A stretch of DNA of 63,676 nt, the filler included, from Octopus bimaculoides (lineage: Eukaryota): the NCBI RefSeq assembly GCF_001194135.2. It is 4 parts of 4 records of this genome, joined end to end, with 100 filler letters (N's around TTAATTAATTAA, not from the genome) between each part and the next. Parts side by side here need not be neighbours in the genome. Positions count along the whole stretch, not along the records: positions 29,594 to 60,298 come from NC_068984.1; 3 more parts are not named here. One strand, 5' to 3'. The notes below the pieces were generated by a model. The model was given only the letters and a program-made list of their open reading frames with translations, was not told where the DNA came from and searched no databases. The position numbers and the translations under genes are program-made. Shown in pieces: positions 38,657 to 52,532 of the stretch (position 1 is its first letter; every line of letters begins with the position of its first letter).

Positions 38657-39260
38657 TGAACTCATTTGCACACAGCCAATCAGAGCTCAACTATCGATCT
38701 AGTGTCCACCTAGTTACGAAAATACTCTGGTTGAGTTCAGTGGAAAATGTGCGTTATAGCAAAATCTAACTGTTCTAAACAGGTTACTAGGGGTGACAAA
38801 TGTGAAATTTAGTGTATAAAGTGAAAGGAAATCTGCTCACCAATGGTGCCATAAGTGTTGCCAATTTGTGTAATTTACTAGAAAATGTAAAAGAGTGTAG
38901 TTTCCTAAGTTTTTGACTGATTTTGTACAATCCTCATTTAAAATGTTGGTGTTGATCTGGAAACATCGTAATCAATATGGCGTTGTGTCATATTGCGCTC
39001 TCCTTGCTTATATCAATGGGTACATGCAGTATCACTAATCTCAGTCTGAGCATAGGTACCTAATGTTAGCTCCATATAGAGATGATGCTCAATTGATCTA
39101 TGAGGATGATAGAGTGGGGATGTGGTACTTATGTGAGACTTGCTATGCTGTACTCACAGAGTGGCACACACCATTCTATGCTTGACTGGCTGTACAGTAG
39201 CAGTACATAGTATGTGGATTCTTAAGGTGAGCTCTGATTGGTTGTATGCAAATGAGTTCA
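38657..39260. mobile_element. About 600-bp MITE-like segment bounded by 36-bp inverted repeats
   Basis: 38657-38692 TGAACTCATTTGCACACAGCCAATCAGAGCTCAACT versus the reverse complement of 39225-39260 gives 33/36 identity; no clear TSD. Confidence 0.65.
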
Positions 39261-39409
39261 TTACTAGGGTTCGGAACTCTCGTGGGAGAAAAAATTTCGC
39301 GTCCCGCTAAAGCTCCCCAAAGGGAATTCGTCGGATTTAAACGAGGCGAAGGATTAAGTCAACCATCCATCTGCTTTCGCCTTTAGTTAACCAGTTGAGT
39401 ATTGATTCT

Positions 39410-40810
39410 TTTCCCTTAACATCATTGCATATATTGCTATATCACTGTACAGCAGATAAAGGTTTATATGGCAAAAATAGATAGCAGAATAACATAAAGT
39501 ATAAATCAAAGAGGGTTCACATGACTGTAACGATTCATTAGATAAGTAATTATCGATTATTGAGCGTAAAATTAATCAATAAAGCCAGTTAGTTAAAAAC
39601 TGCTAGGATAAAATGTCTCCCGGGAAATGTTTTAATACTCGTAAGGATTCAGTAGTTATGATGGTTTAGTACCAGAATCTTGGAGACTATCAATTCCAGA
39701 AGCCTTCCAGTTGCTACTGGTTTTCATTGTGTTGGAAAATCCCCCCCCCCCTATTTACGCCGAGTTATGATTATGGTTTTATTGTGTCTTTTTTTTTTTC
39801 TCTCTTATTTCCAATCCTTTATGAGATTGTATATTACGGTTCCATATGTTTTCCGAATGTAATTGAATTCATATTGTTGTCGATGTTTTTTTTTTTTTGT
39901 TTTTTTTTTATCGTTGGTAACCATGCCTTTGCCAAGATCAGTTGTTTTCAGTTTTCCTCTTTCACTTTCAGTCAGGATCTAACTATTTTACTATTTGTTT
40001 CATTTTGCTATTTTTCACATTAAGCCTCTACTTTTCTATTTCGTTCTGTAAGAATCGGTACTTTCTTTTTTGTCGATTTCGCACTATACACGTGTGTGTG
40101 TGTGNNNNNNNNNNNNNNNNNGGGGGGGGGGGGTATTCACAGTTTTTATGCGTTTCATTGAGGTAACTTTATTAATGTTGAACCCAGTTTCTCTCAATAC
40201 TGCCGTTGCTATAAGTAAATTAGATTATTTAGAGTATTGATGTTCGATTTTGCTTTAGTGGAAAGAATTTCTTGGAGGGGCTGCTTGTATTCAACTATTA
40301 TTTCCTGAACATGTTTGTTTATTCGTAGCTTGCGAAAGTATTTTCGTTGATCTATATTCATTGATTTGTTATGGCAAAGTTTTCGATTTTCTTTAATTTT
40401 CCTGTAAGATTTTCGTCTTTACTGACTCTGCTTATTCTGATGTGATGTAAGTTACTACTCTCTTTTGGATGATTTTTTTTTTTCTTCTCGCGGCTGGATA
40501 TTTCAATGATTATTTCTGTGTGGTCGTTTGTGGCTATCATCATTTTGTTTTCTGCAATTTTCGGTGTGTAATTTCTTTTGTTATAATGACTTGTTCTCTT
40601 CAATTTCGTGTCTTCTATAATGTTGTTTTCTGTTGTATGGTTTTATTTGTATTATGTGGACTCTTGTGTTTTGTATTTGTATATATAATGGTTTCAATTT
40701 ATGCATTCTTCATTAGTTTGTAAGCTTTTACACTTTTATTATGCTGTCGTTTCTTATAATTTTCAGTGTGAATCCTTTCAATGAACTCTTCTATTTCTGT
40801 TTCATTAGAG
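39410..40810 (-). pseudogene. Heavily decayed non-LTR retrotransposon ORF (R4/Dong-like)
   Basis: RKLRINKHVQEIIVEYKQPLQEIL...NINTLNNLIYL at 40209-40361 and SNWKASGIDSLQ-(D)FWY at 39661-39720, the RT-entry motif NWKAPGPDGIxNFWxK; A-rich coding strand. Confidence 0.6.
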
Positions 40811-40848
40811 CCAATAACATACGTTACGTTCTGAACCACTCTTTAAAA

Positions 40849-40930
40849 CAGCGGTTTCCAAACGGTGCGCCGAGCGAACTGTTGTGCCGCGGAACGGTAG
40901 CTTCGTGCGTTGCGAAATTAATGAAATTAA
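40849..40930 (+). mobile_element. hAT (Charlie-like) terminal fragment
   Basis: CAGCGGTTTCCAAAC after CTTTAAAA resembles a hAT TIR and 8-bp target; the partner TIR was not found. Confidence 0.5.
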
Positions 40931-41140
40931 TGTTTCAAAAATGGAATAGCTACAAACTATAATAGTAAATATAATGATATAGTTTTACTTATGTATTATG
41001 CCTAGTGAAAAACTGGTTAACCGAAATGATCTATGTAATTTGTAAACAAATCTGTGTGTGCATGTGTGTGTATGTGTACTTGAAATCTAAAAGCTGAAAT
41101 TAAGGGAAATAACTTCAATAATGTTAGTTAAACAAAAAGT

Positions 41141-41550
41141 GGCGAGCTGGCAGAAATGTTTAGCCCCTTGTGGGAGAAATGCTTAGCTGTATTTCGTCTG
41201 CAGTTACGTTCTGAGTTCAAATTTCGCCGAGGTCGACTTTGCTTTTTATCCTTTCGGGGTCAATAAATTAAGTACCAGTTACGCACTGGGGTCGATGTAA
41301 TCGACTTAATCCCTTTGTCTGTCCTTGTTTGTCCCCTCTATGTTTAGCCCCTTGTGAGCTATAAAGAAACGTTGGGCGAAATACTAAGCGGTATTTCGTT
41401 CTGAGTTCAAATTCCGCCGAGGTCAGCTTTGTCATTCATCCTTTCGAGGTCGATAAATTAAGTACTACTCGCATACCGGGGGTCGATCTAATCGACTGGC
41501 CCCCTCCCCCAAAATTTCTGACCTTGTGCCAAGAGTAGAAAAGAATATTA
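41141..41550 (+). mobile_element. Head-to-tail pair of SINE family A copies
   Basis: Two GAGTTCAAAT...GGTCGAT.TAATCGACT modules; junction near 41365. Confidence 0.9.
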
Positions 41551-42164
41551 GATAAACGAAATTTTGAAGCAAAAAAAAAAAGAACAGTACTGATGAGGCT
41601 GGACCTTGTCTTTAAAGCAACTGGTGAAGTTGATGAACATTCTAGATGTTTCTTTAANNNNNNNNNNNNNNNNNNNNNNNNNNNNNNNNNNNNNNNNNNN
41701 NNNNNNNNNNNNNNNNNNNNNNNNNNNNNNNNNNNNNNNNNNNNNNNNNNNNNNNNNNNNNNNNNNNNNNNNNNNNNNNNNNNNNNNNNNNNNNNNNNNN
41801 NNNNNNNNNNNNNNNNNNNNNNNNNNNNNNNNNNNNNNNNNNNNNNNNNNNNNNNNNNNNNNNNNNNNNNNNNNNNNNNNNNNNNNNNNNNNNNNNNNNN
41901 NNNNNNNNNNNNNNNNNNNNNNNNNNNNNNNNNNNNNNNNNNNNNNNNNNNNNNNNNNNNNNNNNNNNNNNNNNNNNNNNNNNNNNNNNNNNNNNNNNNN
42001 NNNNNNNNNNNNNNNNNNNNNNNNNNNNNNNNNNNNNNNNNNNNNNNNNNNNNNNNNNNNNNNNNNNNNNNNNNNNNNNNNNNNNNNNNNNNNNNNNNNN
42101 NNNNNNNNNNNNNNNNNNNNNNNNNNNNNNNNNNNNNATATATGTATGTATGTATGTGTGTGTA

Positions 42165-42372
42165 TATGTTTATGTGTCTGTGTTTGTCCCCCCAACATCA
42201 CTTGACAACCGATGGTGGTGTATTTACGTCCCCGTAACTTAGCGGTTCGGCAAAAGAGACCGATAGAAAAAGTTCTAGGCTTACAAAGAATAAGTCCTGT
42301 GGTCGATTTGCTAGACTAAAGGCGGTGCTCCAGCATGGCCGTAGTCAAATGACTGAAACAAGTAAAAGAGTA
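42165..42372 (+). mobile_element. SINE family B 3' half (5' half probably in the preceding gap)
   Basis: Near-identical to 24745-25000. Confidence 0.92.
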
Positions 42373-42644
42373 CACTTAAATGTGTTGTGAGTAAAATATG
42401 TTTGGGAAGTAATGTCTAGTGGGAACAAAAGCTGGTGTTAGAGATAAAAGAAAAATATTGTACGTGAGTTCCATTGTTACGTTACGTCATCGTTTTCCGT
42501 CTCCAAATGTATCTTTCTTTGATGGAGCTGTCGTGTATGGTATTGTTTGGTTAAGTCTGGCTACTTATGTATAGATGCGTAGTATTTTGTGTAACGCATC
42601 CAGGCTGCTTTTGCTTTCCTTTTGTCTGTGTTTATATCTATGAT

Positions 42645-43020
42645 GCGTGGAGGTGGTTAAAGCAGCGGACTCGCGGTCGTAGAATCGCGGTTTCGATTCC
42701 CAGACCGGGCGTTGTTGTGAGTGTTTATTGAGCGAAAACACTTAAAGCTCCACGAGGCTCTGGCAGGGGATGGTGGCGAACCCTGCTGTACTCTTTCACC
42801 ACAACTTTCTCTCACTCTTTCTTCCTGTTTCTGTTGTGCCTGTAATTCAAAGGGTCAGCCTTGTCACATTGTGTCACGCTGAATATCCCCGAGAACTACG
42901 TTAAGGGTACACGTGTCTGTGGAGTGCTCAGCCACATGCACATTAATTTCACGAGCAGGCTGTTCCGTTGATCGGATCAACTGGAACCCTCGACGTCGTC
43001 AGCGACAGAGTGCCAACAAC
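42645..43020 (+). mobile_element. SINE family C, near full length
   Basis: GTGGTTAAAGCAGCGGACTCGCGG...GGTTTCGATTCCC head, a long body and ...GAGTGCCAACAAC tail. Confidence 0.9.
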
Positions 43021-45204
43021 AATATCTATGATGCAAACCTTGAACTAATTTATGATCAAAGGCTTTCCATCTGTAACTATCCCTTTATTAAGCAACAAAA
43101 CGTATTAGTAATGTGTAAGTCTGTGTTTTAAATAGAAAGGATGTGATGTGTGAAGAATTTCGGCTGCTATTTCTACCCAGTCAAGCGACCACGTGTAGTT
43201 AATTATTTTTAATTGGGACATTGTTTTATACTTAGCATTAATTTGCCTTGTGTAATAGTTCTTTGTGTAGTCACATTTACTGTTTTCGCCACGGTCCAAG
43301 ATGGAAGCCGTTTCGTTTTATTCGGGTGTAAATGTGGAAATTCCGGCTGTATTCTCTTTTTAGCTTTGTCCGTCGGGAATGATTAAAAATCATATTCCTT
43401 TTATTCCATCTCGCCATGGCACTTTTGCCATCAACTGGATACTCCAAGAGGCAGAAGTAGATTAGTTTATTTGGGGGATTAACTTTTGAAAGCAATGTTT
43501 CTCATGCTTGTATTACACGTGCGTTATATCAGCATTACATTAAACGTATAAAACAGCTTCTGCATAAACCCTGGTCCAGCAGGTATTGTTTTTTTTATCA
43601 TTACTGTTTGTATTACTTGATGTTTGGTATAGCGTTGGTTTCAAGCTGTTTTGTTTTGTTTTATCAAATGGTAACTTGAGTTGAACCATTGAACCAGACG
43701 AAACACTGGAACTTTGCCAATGAGAGCCTAAAGAATTTAATATATTTCTGACTGGTCCAACCCGATAGATTAGGGAACACGTACGGTTATTTCTTAATTT
43801 TATTTATTTATTTGTTTATTTATTTATTCATTCAATAACATTTTATGTTCTCTGCCAGTTAAACGCCACATAGAAGAAATAAATTTTATATTAACTTATA
43901 TCCGTTTTCAATCTTTGATACTATGATCTCTGTCAGAAACGTAGAAAGACTTAAAGTAAAAATTAACATTCTCAAAATTATTATCGTCAAAAAAGCTTTA
44001 GATCCTAACTAGGCTATTTAGTATTAATATTGCTTCCATTACCAATAATTATTTTTTTAATACGCCTGCTGGTTATTTGCGAATCTGTGACTGAACAGAT
44101 GCTTAAATTCTATTTATCGTGGGAGCAAGATTTGGCTGGTATGCAGTGGCCGTACGCCTACTACTGAGGAGGTCCAGTACACTGAAATCACGTGAGTTAA
44201 CTGTTCCAGCGCCCATAACAGACAATTCTCGTCTGCTACAATTTATTTCTGTGTTTTTACGCACGCTGTGCTTATATGGAAGGACCTCTCAAGGCTAATA
44301 ACGATAAAAGATTGCTGTATGAGAAATTAAATTTGAAAATATTAAAATTAAAGGTGTACAATTATAAAATGTAATAAGTTCAGGAGTGTCTCGAGAGAGT
44401 ATGTGTTTATTCCAGGCAAATAATTAAGTAATGACCGTGGAAAGATAAAGATTTCATATAAAATTGTATGAAGTAGTATTTATCTGTGGGCTAAAATTGA
44501 AGAGATGTCATGATTAATTTTAGTAAATAGCTAAATATTGATTCGTTCATTCAGGCTGTGATATGAGCGTTCATTGTTTTAGAAGCTATGCTATCTTTAG
44601 GCCTAATAGTTTGTAAATTTATTAAAGTTTTCAGTATGAAGCTCTTCCAATCAATCATTACCTGCAACTCTTTGTTCTGTTTCTAAAGGGCCTGTATCAC
44701 CTGTGCATCTCCCATTTTATGTAGAAATAAGTAGCATGTTCTTTCAATCTCTCTATATATAATCGGTTAATTTTATTGAATTTTTATTTTCTATAATGCA
44801 AAACGAAGAGGTATTCTTAAAGTCTATATATTTTAGATTTACAGTTTAATATGTCTTTCTAAACATTATTTTGACATTTATTTAGTCCTTTGGTAAAACG
44901 CATTACTCGAAAAAGGTCTCCGTTTTGCTTGTGAAATATTCACATTCTNNNNNNNNNNNNNNNNNNNNNNNNNNNNNNNNNNNNNNNNNNNNNNNNNNNN
45001 NNNNNNNNNNNNNNNNNNNNNNNNNNNNNNNNNNNNNNNNNNNNNNNNNNNNNNNNNNNNNNNNNNNNNNNNNNNNNNNNNNNNNNNNNNNNNNNNNNNN
45101 NNNNNNNNNNNNNNNNNNNNNNNNNNNNNNNNNNNNNNNNNNNNNNNNNNNNNNNNNNNNNNNNNNNNNNNNNNNNNNNNNNNNNNNNNNNNNNNNNNNN
45201 NNNN

Positions 45205-45267
<63 letters not shown>

Positions 45268-47143
45268 GTTGTTAGAGACAGACATTTCATGCCAGTAGTC
45301 TTCAGCTCAACCAATTCACTTTATTGATTAACTATGTTTCATTTCATACATTTTGCGCTCAATAAGTGTCAATAACTAATCCAATGTATCTTTACAATCA
45401 GGGGAACTTTCTTCGATATCCTTTCTTCCGTTAAGTTATCTGTTTCTTCCACATAAGCATTTATCAGTTCTCCAATGATTGATGCGAAGATTTATTTCGT
45501 CAGTCTGTATAGACATGTTAATAGTTTGTAATGCAGAACATCGGTTGTCTCCTCTTTATTTCGGTTTTAGGAATTTGTTTTGTTTTGTTTCTTTGTTTCC
45601 CAGATTCTATTCTGACATCAATCTATCAAATATCTTTGAAAGTTGCCTAACCCACCATCTGGTTTAGCATTAGATGATGGGATGAACACATTAGAATATG
45701 GTGGTAGGTCGAAGCTGTTGTCCCACCTCTCTCTCAGCCTTCTCTACTGCTACTACTGTGGCTTCTACTCCTTCGCATTGGTTTAACTCGTTTTATATCC
45801 ACTCGTACACTCCTTAAGGACTCATTTCTCTTCTTCTCGTAACCCATATTTTGTCCACTACCTCCCCACCCTGCACTGACTACTGTTACATCCACGGCTT
45901 TTTCTCCCGAACGTTTGACCTCTGGAACCACCTAGTTCATTTTTTTTCCTGAAACCTCTGACATGAAATTGTTCAACTGGAACAATATCTGCGTCAATCA
46001 TAGAGATTTCAGTGAATTTATGAAGGTTATGGGCACAACCCTCTTTCCCCAGATAAAAAAAAATTAAAAATAGTAACCAGTACGAAATGATAGATTTATG
46101 ATATTTATATATATGATTTTATTTATTATATTTATGATACCATTTATTAATGATAAATATATTCTAATCTCATATTAAATTAATTGCTCATAGTCGGCAA
46201 CTGAACAGGTTCCTTCCAAAATTCGCCCAAGTAGAAGAATCATAGTGGTGTTTGAGCAACCAGTAACATTCAAAACTAAAACCTTCCGAAAACAGAAGAA
46301 ATCCTTGAGAGTCAACGGCATCCATACCTAGTAGATCATGAACTCTACTAGGCTCACCAAGTTCATTTAAGGAGAGTTATACCAATGTTTACTTCCATAC
46401 CAAACTGGTAGGGGTCTAGAGTCATAAAGAACGTTCTACTTGTAGAGGGTAGAACAATAGATATTCGGGTACCACAGCGACAAAAATGCTACAGGGAAGA
46501 TCTGACTTTATAAGTTCTGAGTATTTCCCGGATATTTGAAGTGCGTTTTTCATAGCCATTGCTCATATTAGATAAGGGTATCATTTAAAGGGTATATTAT
46601 TTTATGTTTAATATGAATAAAGTGATTTGACAGGAAATCCAATTTGCGTTCTCAACTGGGTTCGCGCAGAGCTCAGCACGTTGAGCCAATCTACATATTT
46701 TAACCCCTTAAAATTTCAGCAATATAGCAATAATCACCCCCACCTTCATACACAACAAAGGGTAATCGATAATGTTTCCTGGAGTTGTTTATATTTTTCC
46801 TGAATCTTTTTCAGTTTTTCTTTTTTATATTTCATCTAAAATTTCGGTTTCCATTCAAAGATGCCATAGAAGCTTCCATAGAAACACGAGAATTTATGCG
46901 TTGCTTTAAGTCAATTAAATATTTTATTTCTTCTATCTCTCTCATTTTTTTTTAAACATATTTATATCTTCCTTTCTCTTTTGAATTTGCTGGATTTTTA
47001 TTTATTTATCATTTTTCCTGAGTGGAATATGATGTGTGGGGAAAATGTATTTATTAATAGTAACAATGTTATGAAATTATGAATAAATTCTTCACAACCA
47101 AAAACCATAAAGACCAAGATCCTCATGAAAAACACTAACACAA

Positions 47144-47223
<80 letters not shown>

Positions 47224-47675
47224 CCATCATAAAAGAATGTAATTAACGATCACTATAACATTATACCACCATAGTTATGGCGCAATTAATGTACATAAAC
47301 AGATAATCATCGCTATGACAATTGCGATTCAACGTCAAATATTATATTATGCTCTTAGAGATGTAATTATATCTAAATAATTAACTTTTGCTTTATGCTT
47401 TCAGATTATTAAAACAAAGAAAAGAAAAGACAAACAAAGAAAAACAAGACGAAGAAAGAAAGAAAGAAAGAAAGAAAAAAAGGCCTTCACTGTTTATTAA
47501 ATTCAGTTGCATGTCCATAATTTTTAGATAACTGTTCGCTGTTGGTATATATACAATATGCTTGCATTTGTACATGCGTGCTCATTGTTTGATAGTGTCT
47601 GCGATCGATCGGTTGTGTGTAAGTATTCGTGTGGCGAATTGTTTTGTTTGGAGAAACAATAACATTTTATATTAC

Positions 47676-47724
<49 letters not shown>

Positions 47725-47861
47725 TATGCATGTGTGTGTGTATTTAAAAACACATACAAACATTTATATATCTATACATATTTATACACACAAGTCACGT
47801 GCGTGTATATAAGTGGGTGAAGTGTGCGTGTGTGTGTGTGTGTATTCATATGAATATATAT

Positions 47862-48310
<449 letters not shown>

Positions 48311-48425
48311 ACTATATATGTATAAAAGTATGTATATGTGTAAATATATACATACATACATATATACATATATATATGTATTTATTTATTTATTTATGTG
48401 TTTCAGCCAAGTGGCTGCGGTCATG

Positions 48426-48470
<45 letters not shown>

Positions 48471-48556
48471 ACATATATATATGACATATATACGCGTATA
48501 TATATATATATATATATGCATATACATAGTTGCATATATGCATATACATAGTTGGT

Positions 48557-48890
48557 GAAGGCGCATGGCTCAGTGGCTAGAGCGTCAAGCTTTCGATCGT
48601 GAGGTTGTGAGTTCGAATCTCAGACCGGGCTGGGCGTTGCGTCCTTGAGCAAGACATTTTATTTCATGTTGCTTCAGTTCACTCAGCTGTAGAAATGACT
48701 TGCGACATTACAGGTGCCAAACTGTATCGGCCCTTGCCTTTCCCTTGGATAACACTGGTGGTGTGGAGAGGGGAGGTCTTTATGCATGGGCGACTGCTGG
48801 TCTTCCATAAACAACCTTGCCCGGACTTGTGCCTGGGAGGGTAACTTTTAAGGTGCAATCCCATGGTCAGTCATGACCGAAGGGGGGCTC
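48557..48890 (+). mobile_element. tRNA-derived CORE-like SINE (family F), full length
   Basis: GAAGGCGCATGGCTCAGTGGCTAGAGC A box, GAGTTCGAATC B box and GTCCTTGAGCAAGACATTT CORE-like segment. Confidence 0.85.
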
Positions 48891-49046
48891 GGCAGTATAT
48901 AGTTGAAATTTATAGAAAAACAAAAGACGAAGACAGGTGCAACCCGCAGACCAGATCAGGGATCAAAACTCACAACCTTGATTTTGACCCAGTTCCCAAA
49001 CTATTAAATCACCCCGTTTCACACACACACTCAAACACGCGCGCGT

Positions 49047-49091
<45 letters not shown>

Positions 49092-51124
49092 GGTACACAA
49101 ATGCACGTACGCATGTATATGTGAAAGTTCTTTTAATGAGTCGGTGTAATTCGGCTTACGCATTTCATTCACTTATACATGTTTTCGCTAATGTGAAACG
49201 AAGTTAACCGTTGGTGTGTTGAACTGGAATTATTTATATTCTCTAAAGGCGATATCTCATTAAGTTTGTATCAGATTGAGGTGTAAAATAGTCATTACTT
49301 TTCCTATGGTAAGAAAATTGCACAAAGAAAAGTAAACTAAACTTTCTGGCATCTTTACAATAGAGGAGTTAAACCAAGACAAAGTTTTAGTACGTTATTA
49401 AATAAAGCGGGCGATGTTTTAATGAACATACAGATGTACTCTACAAAACAAAAGTCAGATCTGCACAATGTTTCATAACGAAAATGGAACCAAACTCTTC
49501 CCTTGAAACCAGCTAATCACAATTTTAATTACATCCTTCGTGTAGAACAAATCATGTATGGTTAATGTTGTGTTACTTTTGTGGTCTTTCGGTATACTTA
49601 TCTCCTTGCTCACTAACGACATTAACAGATTCGTGTCCTTTTAATTTTCTTTAAAGACTATGATAGTTTTAGCATTCATTTGGTAACGAAACTTTATGTT
49701 CGTTTGTACCACAGAACAGAAACAAAACCACACATACGCATACATATACTTATATATGCACACTTGTATTCATTTATACACACAAACACACGTGCGTATC
49801 TTGTGGATAAGACGTAAATGATATATAACACTGTAAGCACTTACCTAAGGCAGAAAAAGGAGAGGTTTTCCTAAGGGACTTGAGCCGTGCATATAAAGTT
49901 TTATCATTTTCAAGGAATACCTCAATATTTTGCATTTTTACATGAAATAACATTTGGCATTACTTGGGTAAACATGAATACAAACCTCGTGTCTAAGTTC
50001 ACCACCAATTCCACCACAATTCTCATCTACAATCTGGGTGTAAGCATGGCTTATGTAGTTAAGCAGTTCTCTTTGCGTTTCAAGTTCGTTCTCAGTGCAT
50101 GGTACCTTGGAGTAATATATTCGAGTCGAACTAATTTTTTTAATATGAAATTTGGGAAACAGAAACCATACATAAACCAACTTTACGAACTGTAGCTCAT
50201 CTTAAATGGAAGATTTAACTCGCTGTTTGTCATTTGCATAAAACAAAGATCTAGTTCTTTGCTACCTTTAGCGGGATCCACTTTGTCTCAAGGATTTAGA
50301 CTGAATTTTCAGTCTGTGAAACATGAAATCTTAGTGCTCTGCTTTCTACCTTAGTAACCCATGGTGTCGTAGTTTCTCGACCTCATCTTACATTCATTGA
50401 GCTCACCCGAAAAATTATTGCTTCTGCCCCAAAACCTTTGTAACTAAACCTTTAAAGATATTCTCGAGAATAAATAACTCAAACGCTGACCAATGTGCAT
50501 CCTTAATTTTTCCATTTTTATGTTAGCTGGTACAGTAGTGTATACTTCATTAATGATGTCACATAAAGATCGAAATATACCTGTAGTTGTCTCCCGTTTG
50601 TCGAAGTAATTGAAATTAGTCGTGAGTCGCCCACGCGAGTTTTTCCTGGCTCCTCTATTTTTGTTTTTTTTTTCACTTCTTCCCTGAATTTTTCTTTGTA
50701 TATCCAACGAAGAACTATATTCGAAACATTACACCTTTTTTAATGCGTCATCGTCGCATTATATATGTCTGTTGATATAATGAAATAGCTTGCTCATTTG
50801 CGCGATATGTTCTAACAATATTTACATATATTAGTATTGCCATTTCCTGAAATATGTCGGTGCCTAACTTATAAAGTAATCGGTTAATGTATTTACAAAA
50901 CCAACAGTTTATTATTCCTGTTGTACCAATTATAAAAGCACAACATAACAAAATTTTCTTAACGGCCATGTCTATTACTTCAGCTGTTACATCAGTGTAA
51001 ATTCCTTAGCTTTTCAGCTTTCTCCAGTGTATCGTTATAGTTATTTAGAATTGCTATCTCTAATATTAATAACCTATTGTCATTTATATTATCAAATATG
51101 ATATTAGCTTTATTGTATGTTATC

Positions 51125-51550
51125 GCTAAGGCAGTGTGAGCTGGCTGAAGCGTTAGCGCACCGGAGAAAATGCTTAGTGAAATTTATTCTTCTTTTATAC
51201 GTCCTGAATCCAGATTCCGCCGAAGTCGACTTTGTCATGCTTTCTGGATCGATAAAATAAGTAATAGTTGAACAATGGGGTCGATGTAATCGACCTCCCT
51301 CTCCCACAAAATTTCAGACATTTTGCCTATAGCAGAAAGAATTATCATTGGTCAAATTTTTAGCACAATGGGCAAAATGCTTAGCAGTATTTCGTCCGTC
51401 TCCACGTTCTGAGTTCAAATCTCGCCGAGAGATTTTGCCTTTCATCTTTTCGAGGTCGATGAAATAAGCACTGGTTACGCAGTGGGGTCAATGTGATAGA
51501 CTCATCCCCTCCCCCAAAATTTCAGACCTTGTGCCTATGGTAGAAAAAAA
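51125..51550 (+). mobile_element. Two adjacent SINE family A copies
   Basis: Family A body and tail at about 51125-51345 and 51360-51550. Confidence 0.85.
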
Positions 51551-52097
51551 CTTATTTTTATGGTCATTGTTGTTTGTAATGAGCGAAGGTTTCTTGAAGA
51601 ATTGGATCCTATCGTATTTTCTTGAAAGAATTTCGGTAAGTATTGAACAACCATCCCATTATCCTGGGGTGAAAAATAAGGTAAGCTTTAGACATTTGAA
51701 AAATATTTTATCGCTTGGTAAACGTTGTTTATTAGCGACAGAATGCGGTCATTTTTAGAGAAAAGGACAGAAGTGCTAGCCGCAAAGATGGTAGCAACAA
51801 ATGCATCACAGAAGTTTTTTTGAAAAATATTTTAGAAACTATTAGCAAAAATAATGATAATAATAATAATAATAAAAAGTGTGAGGTTATGTTTTAAAAA
51901 TGTAACAGAAAAAAAGTGGAGTAAATATTTTGCAAATAGAAACATTTACACACTAACATACGTAATTAGCGGAATCATAAAATTTACCGAAAGTAACAAC
52001 AGTACTATGTTTTTTCGCTAATGTTGCATGCCAGAGAGCAAGCGACATGAAACATCTTACTAGTAGGCGACAAACAGCAAATATTATTCGCACGGTA

Positions 52098-52305
52098 TAA
52101 GGCAGCTAACTGGCAGTATCGTTAGCACGCCGAGCAAAATCCTAAGCGGCATTTCGTCCAGGTTTACGTTCTAAGGCTGACTTCGAGGCTGACTTCGCCT
52201 TTCAAGGGTCGATATAATAAGTACCAGTCGAGCGCTGGGGTCGATGTAATCGACCTTCCTCTTCCACCAAAATTGCTGGCCTTGTGCCAAAATTTGAAAC
52301 CAATA
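52098..52305 (+). mobile_element. SINE family A
   Basis: GGCAGCTAACTGGCAGTATCGTTAGCACGCC head and GGGGTCGATGTAATCGAC hairpin. Confidence 0.88.
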
Positions 52306-52532
52306 TTACGCGCACGTGAAAATTTGACTATGAGCGTCATCCATTTAACTTTCCCCCAATTATATCTCATAGTAAAAAATGATCAAGAAATATGGATTGA
52401 AGCAATATGAATTATTTCATTACATGTAATAAAGTACATAAGTGGATAGTAATTATGTAAATATTATATATGAATTAAAATTATATCCACGAGGCGTAAA
52501 TTAGAATATGTCTGCATGCAGATATTATCGTA

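Noticed and set aside
45604-45710. Exon after the strong acceptor TTTGTTTCCCAG
   Set aside because: All three frames hit stops quickly and no good donor follows.
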